Assembly: GCA_051251855.1 (NCBI GenBank)
Contig: JBPOGI010000005.1
Coordinates: 256,001 to 320,000 of the forward strand
Source: Roseibacillus sp.
GTDB lineage: Bacteria > Verrucomicrobiota > Verrucomicrobiia > Verrucomicrobiales > Akkermansiaceae
Direction: 5' to 3'
DNA: 64,000 nucleotides
In this document: positions 53,135-61,600 of the stretch, one piece after another
Position numbering within the stretch: position 1 is the stretch's first letter
Layout of the letters: every line of letters starts with the position of its first letter
Notes under the pieces: generated by a model
The model's input: only the letters and a program-made list of their open reading frames with translations
Databases searched by the model: none
What the model was told of the DNA's origin: nothing
Program-made: the position numbers and the translations under genes

Positions 53135-55276
53135 TTAGAAGTCTTCTACTCGCTCGAGATAACGATAATATGCCTCTAATTCCTCGGCTTCAGCAATCGC
53201 TTCGGAAGTGCCGTCGAAGCTACTTCTGAGAAGACCGCCGTCTTCGACGTTCCCTTGAGTGACAGAAATGATAGTGACTGGCACGAGTTCATTAAAATTC
53301 TCATCTAGCTCAACAAGTTGGGCCACTCCTTCTTCAAGACCTCCTTCAATACAAAAGGAAATTGTGCCCGTAATTGGATTCCGGGTAAATTCGACAACTT
53401 CGAATGCGGGAACGAGAACCGCTGGCTCGGGTGGCATTCCAGGGTTGGGAATATTATCTTCTCCAAAGCCCGCGTCGACAAAGGAACCGCTAAAGACACG
53501 GAAGCTGAAGTCGCTCGGATCATTGGTATCAAGAAGAGACCAACCCGAGATGGTAACCTTAAAGTCAGGTTGAGCTTCGGATGGATTGGCTGCGGCGCGA
53601 GCGGTAGCCCCTCCTACGACGTCGGTCCCATAATTCGTTCCCATAGCCTGGCCTGGAAGGATGTCTGCGATGCGCAATTCCAGAGTATTGGTATCGAGAC
53701 TCTCACTTCTGGGAACTCCGATAACGTGTGTTTCGGTGCCATCCTTATTTAGATCAAAGGCAATGGTAATCGTTTCTCCAGGTCCGAGGTCCGGGACGTC
53801 GGCTCCACCAGAGGAAGCGGTCATGACTCCGGGGTCGCCATCGCCATCAGCATCTCCAGCGATTCCAAAGAAATCGATATTAATCACGAGCTTATCGGAA
53901 ATTGGCGAATAGACGAAGGTCAAGGTCTTGAAGTCCCAACCAGACAAATTGGGGTGTCCAGGTGGGATTCCCACATCAGGGCTGAGTTCACCATTGAGAA
54001 GTTTGAAGTCATCGTAGGTGCCAACTCGATTTTTAGGTTTCGCTACGAGAGCGATATCTCCGAAGTGATTGTCTTCTCCAAAACCATCGTCACCAAAAGA
54101 CCCTGCAAAAGATCGAAATGCGAATTGAAAGGGGTTGTCGGTCAACTGAGACCAATTGCTAATCACCATCACGAAGTCCTGTTCCTCGGTGGCAGCGGAG
54201 GGATTGTGAAGAAGAGTCGCAGTGGCATCGGTGCCAGTAGAGGCTCCAAAAGCGGCACCAATATTACTAGGTTGGCCGTCGAATTGCGCAACTTCCGCCG
54301 CTAAGGTGCTTGGGTTGATAGAATTAGTGGTGGAAATTCCGGCTACGGTATCGAAGGTGCCATCGCCATCAAAGTCGAAGGCAACAGCGATAGATTCAGA
54401 ACCTTCCAAGTTGGGAAGGTCATTGCCGCTTGTGGGCTGTGACCAGACCCCTGGGTCACCGTCGCCGTCCGCATCGCCTGCGATTCCGAAAGTATCGATG
54501 GTGACCTTCATGGTGTCGGCAACGGGATCATAGCGAAACTCGGTCGCTGCGATATCCCATCCGGTAATCGTTCCCGGAGGGCTATTAGGATGAACTCCAG
54601 TGTCAGGTATTGCTCCATCTTTGGAAATATTTTGGGCGCGCCCTACGAAGCTCAAGTTGACCTCACCGGTCATGAAATCAGATTGGCGCTGGTCATTGCC
54701 CGACTCAGCTTGGGCTTGGAAATAAAATTGTTGAGCATGAGGCTGGACAGTAGACCAATCTGGAATCTGGATGTGGAGGTCGGGATTGGTAGCTGAAGGA
54801 GCTGCTACGAGGATTGGGTTGATATCGGGCCGGGAAGCACCCAACCCGCCAAAGCTTCCGAGAGGGATATTGCTTGTGCCACTTGGAATGCTGTTAGGAC
54901 TTGCGACGACATAGTCCACAAATCCATCATTCTCGAAGTCAAAGTTGATATTAAAGAACTCTCCTGAGCCGTAATCAGCGACGTCATCAGTTCCACCATC
55001 GGGGTCACCATCGCCATCGGCATCGCCTGCAATCCCACTAAATTTTAAACGGATATCGAGAACATCGCTACCGGGTGCATATCGGAATTCGGCCCGCGTG
55101 AAGTCAAATCCAAAGGCGGGAGCAAATGGTGCAGCTGGATCTCCAAAAGGAGGGTCATCAAAGACGGTGATATCCTGCTGCGCCGAGACGTTGCTGCTGA
55201 TTGCAATATAGGAAGTTAGGGCTAGACCGCCAAAGCGAAGGCCTGTTTTGTTTTGTATTATCGTGCGTCTTTTCAT
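53135..55276 (-). CDS. Secreted protein with three internal repeats (GIAGDADGDGDP)
   Basis: Signal peptide; three roughly 200-aa repeats with DxDxDG loops. Confidence 0.82.
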   Translation of the reverse strand: MKRRTIIQNKTGLRFGGLALTSYIAISSNVSAQQDITVFDDPPFGDPAAPFAPAFGFDFTRAEFRYAPGSDVLDIRLKFSGIAGDADGDGDPDGGTDDVADYGSGEFFNINFDFENDGFVDYVVASPNSIPSGTSNIPLGSFGGLGASRPDINPILVAAPSATNPDLHIQIPDWSTVQPHAQQFYFQAQAESGNDQRQSDFMTGEVNLSFVGRAQNISKDGAIPDTGVHPNSPPGTITGWDIAATEFRYDPVADTMKVTIDTFGIAGDADGDGDPGVWSQPTSGNDLPNLEGSESIAVAFDFDGDGTFDTVAGISTTNSINPSTLAAEVAQFDGQPSNIGAAFGASTGTDATATLLHNPSAATEEQDFVMVISNWSQLTDNPFQFAFRSFAGSFGDDGFGEDNHFGDIALVAKPKNRVGTYDDFKLLNGELSPDVGIPPGHPNLSGWDFKTLTFVYSPISDKLVINIDFFGIAGDADGDGDPGVMTASSGGADVPDLGPGETITIAFDLNKDGTETHVIGVPRSESLDTNTLELRIADILPGQAMGTNYGTDVVGGATARAAANPSEAQPDFKVTISGWSLLDTNDPSDFSFRVFSGSFVDAGFGEDNIPNPGMPPEPAVLVPAFEVVEFTRNPITGTISFCIEGGLEEGVAQLVELDENFNELVPVTIISVTQGNVEDGGLLRSSFDGTSEAIAEAEELEAYYRYLERVEDF

Positions 55277-55500
55277 CGTTGTTCGGTTGAATTCCTAGTT
55301 TTCTCGAGACTATTTTTTAGCAAGGAGTATCAACCTTGCAGCAATACATCCACCAGAAGTCGTGAGAGATTGCATACCTTCTTTTGGTCTGTTTTTCTGA
55401 AAAGACGAGAGTATTTTTGAAATCCATTAGTCAATTTCACTGGCGAATTTTGGATTGCAGCATTTTTTTCCGTCCGGTGGCTTTTGGTGCGCATCCCTTC

Positions 55501-55540
55501 AAACAAAGAACCTCCGGAACGGTGCGACCGTGCCGGAGGT
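55501..55540 (-). terminator. Terminator after the PEP-CTERM gene
   Basis: ACCTCCGG.ACGGT/ACCGT.CCGGAGGT stem followed by TCTTTGTTT on the minus strand. Confidence 0.7.
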
Positions 55541-55579
55541 GGAGCATTGATGAGGTATGGTAACTTTGATTGGCGGGTC

Positions 55580-56331
55580 CTATGCCTTACGGCGTCTTTG
55601 GAGGAGAGGAACCATCCCAAGCAGAGCGAGAAGAGCTGAAGAGGGTTCGGGGATGGTGCGACCAACGATTTCGATACCGTTGAGGTAGGCTTCACCTGGT
55701 GCCGAGCCGGTCGATGCTTCGATTTGGATAAATTGGGTGGTTTCTAACCGGCCACTGTAAACGACATAGTTTCCTGAAGGGAAGGACTGGCTATCGACAT
55801 AGCTGCTAGTTCCAGCTCCGTATCCAGGAACCAAATCACTATGAGAGAAGGTGATAGGAATCCCGCCGCCGCCAGGGCTCAGACTGATATTGCTCGTGGG
55901 AAGAGATGCTGTTCCTGCATTAGAATAGACATAAATATCATATTCATCCCATCCTAAGCTGGCTAAGGAGGGGATAGTGAATTGAACCGTGATGTTAGGA
56001 TCGAGAGTGCGGGTAGAGAGGTAGCCTTCCATCATGTCTTCGTCACCAATGGTAGATGTGCTGCTAGTGATCGTGCCATCAAGAGGAGCATTCCAACCAT
56101 AAGTGATGCTGCCGCCAACACCCGTGTTAGTGAGAGATGATCCTCCTCCCGAGAGACCAAGGGCTGCATCCCACCAGTGGTGGGGACAACGCCAGCAACT
56201 TGAGTTGGAGCGAGAGTGTCGGGCTGCACGGTGCCATGGAAGTCGATTGCATAAGTGGAGACGACAGCGGCCGAAGCGGGGAGGGCTGAGAAGGTGAGGC
56301 TGAGGGCGAGAGTTTGAAGTTGTTTTTTCAT
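55580..56331 (-). pseudogene. PEP-CTERM protein split by a frameshift near 56170-56176
   Basis: MKKQLQTLAL signal peptide from ATG 56331; the other frame is open through WDAALG...GDEDMMEGYL...IPEPSSALLALLGMVPLLQRRRK. Confidence 0.75.
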
Positions 56332-56460
56332 AGCGTTGTTGATTTTGGAAGATGCCATTGATTGGCAGTGATCTCTCAATCGGTGATGGAAGAGGCCGTT
56401 TCCAAAATAGTTAAAAATATTTTTAGGTGAAGAGGTCGGCCATAGGCTCCAGCAGAGGTC

Positions 56461-56488
56461 TTGACGGTAACACTAGGAAAAGTAATCT
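56461..56488 (+). promoter_or_regulatory. Sigma70-type promoter, leaderless arrangement
   Basis: TTGACG-N16-TAATCT, with ATG 56495 six nt downstream. Confidence 0.55.
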
Positions 56489-56494
56489 CCCCTC

Positions 56495-56854
56495 ATGGCA
56501 AAAGTTCAGATTTATCATTACCCAAATTGAGGGTCTTCGAAGAATGCCTTGGCGGTCGCCGAGGAGATGGGAGTGGAGCACGAGGTGATTCTTTATATCA
56601 AAACACCTCCGGGCCGTGAAGAGCTGGAGAAGATTGTGGCGGGCTTGGAGGATCCTGTGGAAGATTTGGTGCGGAAGGATTCCATGTTTAAGAAGAAGGA
56701 ATACAATCCAGACGACTACGTCGGGAATCCGGAGGCGGTGGTGGAGATTTTACTGAAGCACAAGCAGCTCTTGCAGCGCCCTGTGATTGTGAAAGGAAAG
56801 AAGGCCATTATTGGGAGGCCGAAGGCGCGGATTGCGGAGTTTCTTGGGTCGTAG
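56495..56854 (+). CDS. arsC: ArsC/Spx-family reductase, probable selenoprotein (Sec at TGA 56528-56530)
   Basis: MAKVQIYHYPN-TGA-GSSKNAL continues in frame into Y.KTPP...LVRK...LLQRPVI...IIGRP; TGA occupies the catalytic Cys position. Confidence 0.85.
56547..56564 (+). other. Candidate bacterial SECIS hairpin
   Basis: CCTTGGC GGTC GCCGAGG stem-loop; loop starts 23 nt after the TGA and contains GGUC. Confidence 0.65.
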
Positions 56855-56966
56855 TTTTCGGAACTTCCAAGGAGGCGTTGAGCAGTTTTTGGCTATCGTT
56901 TCGATGAATCGAATCTTGTCTGTGGCTTCAGTTTTCTAGGACTGCTCATCTCCTTTATTCATAGAA

Positions 56967-58214
56967 ATGACTGACCCCGTCCGCACTTTGTTAGTGATTG
57001 GCTATGTTTGGCCAGAACCGAATTCGTCGGCGGCTGGCGGGCACATCATGAGTTTGATGCGCTTGTTTCAAGGAGACGGTTGGAAGGTTCATTTTGCGAG
57101 CCCGGCAGCGCGTGGAGAGCATGAGTGTGATTTGGAGTCGGAGGCGATTCTTTCGCATAAGGTCGCCTTAAATTGTCGATCGTTTGATTCCTTTGTTTCT
57201 GAGCTGAACCCAAAGGTGGTCTTGTTTGATCGCTTCATGATGGAAGAGCAGTTCGGTTGGCGCGTTGCTCAAGCTTGTCCTAGGGCCATACGAGTGTTGG
57301 ACATGGAGGATTTTCACAGCCTGCGTTACGCACGGCATGAGGCGGTGAAGAAGGGCCTGTCTTACCGGGAAGCGGATCTTTTTACCGAGAAAGCCCAACG
57401 GGAGGTGGCGGCGATTTTCCGGTGCGATTTGAGCCTGGTGATTTCCGAAGTTGAGCGGGAGTTACTCATTTCTGAATATCAAGTTCCGGCCGAGCTTCTG
57501 ATTTGGTGTCCGTTCCTTTTGGAGCCTTATGAGCAGGATATTCCAGTCTTTGACGAACGAGAGAATTTGATTTCGATCGGGAATTTCCGGCATGCTCCGA
57601 ATTGGGATGCCGTCCTACAGCTGAAGGGGGAAATTTGGCCCTTGATTCGTAGGGAGCTGCCCAAGGTTGAGCTTCATATTTACGGCGCTTATCCTCCTCC
57701 TAAAGCGATGGCGCTTCATCAACCTAAAGAGGGGTTTTTGGTCAAGGGGTGGGCAAGGGATGCGCGCGCAGCAGTGTCGCGAGCTCGTCTTTGTTTGGCA
57801 CCGCTAAGATTCGGAGCAGGATTAAAAGGGAAGCTCACTGAGGCTATGCTGTGTGGCACGCCTAGTATCACGACGTCGGTGGGTTCGGAGGGGATTTCAG
57901 GTAAGCTTCCGTGGCCGGGTGCCGTGGCCGATGATGTTAAGATTTTTGCGAAGGAAGCGGTTGCTCTCTATACTGATGAGCAAGAGTGGAAGCTTCGACA
58001 AGCGCGGGGGGCGCAGCTACTTGAGCAACGTTTTCATCGGGAAAGGAACGGTCAGCGAGTTCTAGATCAGGTGGCGTCCTGTCTTGAGAATTTGGAAGTT
58101 CACCGGAGGAGAAACTTTATCGGGAAGATGCTGCAGCACCAGAGCCTGAAGGCGACGCAATACATGTCGCAATGGATCGAGGCGAAAAATCAAGGGGTGG
58201 CAGAGAAGGGCTAG
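56967..58214 (+). CDS. Glycosyltransferase (GT-B, GT4-like)
   Basis: IGYVWPEP.SSAAG, FDRF..EEQFGW, IGNFRHAPN.DAV, APLRFGAGLKGK..EAM..G.P. Confidence 0.88.
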   Translation: MTDPVRTLLVIGYVWPEPNSSAAGGHIMSLMRLFQGDGWKVHFASPAARGEHECDLESEAILSHKVALNCRSFDSFVSELNPKVVLFDRFMMEEQFGWRVAQACPRAIRVLDMEDFHSLRYARHEAVKKGLSYREADLFTEKAQREVAAIFRCDLSLVISEVERELLISEYQVPAELLIWCPFLLEPYEQDIPVFDERENLISIGNFRHAPNWDAVLQLKGEIWPLIRRELPKVELHIYGAYPPPKAMALHQPKEGFLVKGWARDARAAVSRARLCLAPLRFGAGLKGKLTEAMLCGTPSITTSVGSEGISGKLPWPGAVADDVKIFAKEAVALYTDEQEWKLRQARGAQLLEQRFHRERNGQRVLDQVASCLENLEVHRRRNFIGKMLQHQSLKATQYMSQWIEAKNQGVAEKG

Positions 58215-58407
58215 CTCGCAAAGTGTGTTAGCCATCCATTTGGTTCGGTGGGATGAGAGCGAAGCCTAGTGCTCCGTATTCCTTAAAATGAATGAAAGGG
58301 TTTTCCGTTTTGAGGGATATGATTCAGCTTCCTCCTTACGCCTTTTCTGCGAAAAAAATCACCTTCGCCAATCACCCTCGCCAATCCCACAAAAAGACAA
58401 TAGCGGG

Positions 58408-58445
58408 AAAAAAATGAGGGCCCCCGGAGACCAATCCGGGAGCCC
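58408..58445 (-). terminator. Rho-independent terminator (minus strand)
   Basis: GGGCTCCCGGA/TCCGGGGGCCC stem followed by TCA and T7. Confidence 0.7.
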
Positions 58446-58620
58446 GCATGGATTGCTTGCGGTCGAGAAAACCTTTCGGTTCTCTCATCCGTCATTTTTA
58501 GCAACCGGATCTTTGACAGCTCATTTTCATAAATCAATGCGCCATCTCAGAAAATTTCATTTCCGACGGGATTTGATAAACTCATGAAGTGGCCAAAAAG
58601 GTCCGGGAGACAGCTGTTTT

Positions 58621-61600
58621 CTAGGGAAAAGTGACTGTGAGCTTGTAGAATCGCGTATTTTCAGATGTTGGGAGGCTGCCGGTTTGAGAACCGTCATCAG
58701 TGAGGAGAAAGGCAGGGTTCGTGGCGAGACCTGTGGTGTCGCTAGCCGCGCCCATATTGTTCCAGCTGGCCAAATCGTCGTCGGAGTATTCGACTTGATA
58801 GAGCCGATCCGCGATGGTGGAGAAGGTGAGCTCGATATCACCGTTAGAAGCGCGCTCAATGCAGAGTTGGAACTGTTCACTGTCGGCGATAGTGGGGTTG
58901 AGGCCCACGAGGTATTCTTGGGCGTTGGTGAGGTTGTCGCCATCGGGGTTGCCGCTGGCGCCATTTTGGCCTGTCGCTCCGGTGGCCGCGCTGTGGTCGA
59001 GACTATAGAGCGCTTCCCAAGTGTCGGGTAGGCCGTCCATGTCAGCGTCGTCTGTCACTGTGGAGGTGTCAACGAGCTTGAGGTATTGCGCTTGGCCGAG
59101 CTGGTCGAGGGGTTGGTCGAGAACGATGGTGAGGCCGTTGTCGATGAGGTTTTGGCCGGTGCGGTCGGTGGGCCAGAGGAGTTGGGTAGGGTCGGTGGCG
59201 AGGAGGTTGGCGGCGTTGTAGTTCGCCGCGGGATCGATACCAAACCAGTTGACGCCGGGCGAGACTTCGGGGGAGAGGTCGAAGGTCTGCATGCGGTTGC
59301 TGTTAGAGAGTGGGTCGTTATTGATGAAGGCAAAGACGACGTCTTGTTCTTTTGCGCTCACGCCGGCATTTTCGTATTTTGCCACCGCCATGATGTCGTC
59401 GTCGAGTCCGCCTCCAACGAGCTTGCTGAGGAAGTATTCGCTATCGCTGCGCAGAGCGGGGCTGTTGAGGCGGGCGGAATTGACCCGGCCATAGTAACTC
59501 TCGAGAGTGGTATCGGCATTGAGCCACACCTTGGTCATGTCGTTGTAGCGTTTGAAGTTGGGAATGGTCTTGCCGAAGTTTTGCTCGTAGATGCTCCAGT
59601 TGTTGTCGGCGTTGGGGATGTCGCCGGTAAAGCCGTAGTCGGTGAAGTCGTTGAGGGCTCCTGCCTCTTGGCCGTACATCACCATGGGGATGCCTTTGAA
59701 GGCGGCCACCTGAGCGTAGGTGTTGAGGAGTTCATAGGGGTTGTCGCTGGGGAAGACTTCGTCGTGACTGGTGAGGTTGTTGAGCAGAACGACATTGTCG
59801 TAGGCATCGCGGCGTTGGCGGTAGGCGTCGAAGGTGCTGAAGGTGGTCTTGGTGCCGGCTCCTCCGCTGCTAGGGCCGTCGGCGGGGTAGTCGAACCAGG
59901 TGTCGCGCCAGTAGAAGACGATGTTTTCGTTGAGGATATCAAAGTGGCGCGCGCTGCGGTAGCTGACGCCGTGGCGAGGGTCGCCATCGACATTGATGAA
60001 GCCGTCGAGGGACTCGGCCATGAAGAGGAAGTTCCACTTCACGCTACGGGTCTTGTTGATGCAATACTCCCAAAATTCATTGGGGAGGCCTTGCGCGAAG
60101 TCACAACGCATGCCGTCGATGCCTTTGTGGGCGTCAGTGACAGGGGTGCCGACGGGGTGGCCGGTTTTTGTGAGCCAGTAGATGGGATAGTAGGCGAAGT
60201 AGTCCCAGAGTTCTTCCGTGGTAGCGGTGATGGGATCGAGATGATCGCGCTCGAGTAGGAATTCGTATGTGTGTGAGTCGCTATCGAATTTGACGAGGGC
60301 GTCGTAGTTGCCAAAGTAGAGCTCGCGCACATCGACGAATTTTCCGAAGTCGCGTCTGTCAGGTGCAACTGCTTGTTCGGAAGCGCTGGTGGCAGGCATG
60401 CTGTAGTCGCCGGTCTTGGAATACCAGCCGGGGCGAGTATCACGAATGAGGTCGCCAGCTGGGAGGTTGTAGAGGTCGACTGCACCTTGCCCGAGAATGG
60501 CGTCGGGTGCGGAGTGATTGAAGGTTCCATCCACCATCACTCCGATGCCGTTATTATCGAACTCGGTGACCATGGTTTGGAATTCGCTCATGGCGCCAGC
60601 CTCGGTATTGTTGGCTCCGAGGAAAGGGGCGACTTGCCAGTAGTCTTTGACCGAGTAGGGGCTACCAGGGTCGTAGTCGGTCATGGTCAGAGGGTCAATC
60701 TGGCGGCCCTCGGTGCCGATGGGATGGATGGGTTGCAGCCAAATCATGTTCACGCCGAGGTCGTTGAATTTTTGCGTGTTCACCGCGTCGGGGCGGTCGG
60801 TGTTGGTCATCCAGAGGTCGCGGAAAGTGGAGCGTCCAGTAGGAGTGCTATCGGTGGCTTCTACGATGGCGGGATTGACTTCGTAGAGGGTGGTGTCGAG
60901 TGCGTTGGTGGGGGAGACCACGATGGCGAGGTCGCGCCGCAGGCCCCCGTCGGTGAAGTAGAAAGGCCCAGCGCCATCTACGTAGTAACGCACGGTGGCG
61001 CGGTAGGCTCCGCAGGTATTAACTGGCAAAGTCGCGGACCAAGTGCCCGAGGACTCGGTCATGGGGTAGGCGCGGTAGTAGGTGTTAGAAGCACCAGTGG
61101 CGAGGTCGCGGTTTTCTTGAATGACTGCAAAATTACGGCGATTGAGGTTGGTGATGACTTCGACATTAGTGACCGTTTCGCCGGGATTGGCGTTGGGGGT
61201 GAAGCTGATGGAGATACTGCCGGTGTCGTTGGTGGTCTCGTCGATGAAGAAGCGGCGCAGACCGTAATCGGCATCTGCGACGTTGCCGTTCACGGTGCTT
61301 TCCATGGTAGGAGCGGCGCGGTCGAAATATCCGTCGAGGTCTTCGTCGCGAATGGATTCCACGGTGACGGGCGCCATTTCCATAATGTCCAGATTATCAT
61401 CCTGCCAGAAGATGGGGGTCTGACCCACGATGGCGTCGCCAGTATTCGTGCCGTAGGCAAGAGCGGAGAGGTAAACTGTCTCGGGCATGGCGCCGAAGAC
61501 TTCCACAAGGTCGATGACTCCTTCTAACACTCCACCGTTCGGCCCTTCGGCATGTCCGCCGGAGATGCCGCCGTTGTTGATGGTGGCAAAGTTGTTATCG

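Noticed and set aside
56353..56367. TGCCA-N5-TGGCA dyad upstream of the PEP-CTERM gene
   Set aside because: Short, single occurrence, no matching sigma54 -12 element, and not seen at the other PEP-CTERM gene
56549..56854. ORF-track 101-aa version of the ArsC gene
   Set aside because: It lacks the catalytic N-terminus; the start at 56495 with an in-frame TGA fits the family better
58283..58587. Small ORFs in the glycosyltransferase/amylase gap
   Set aside because: No motifs, and they overlap the terminator and hairpins; probably non-coding
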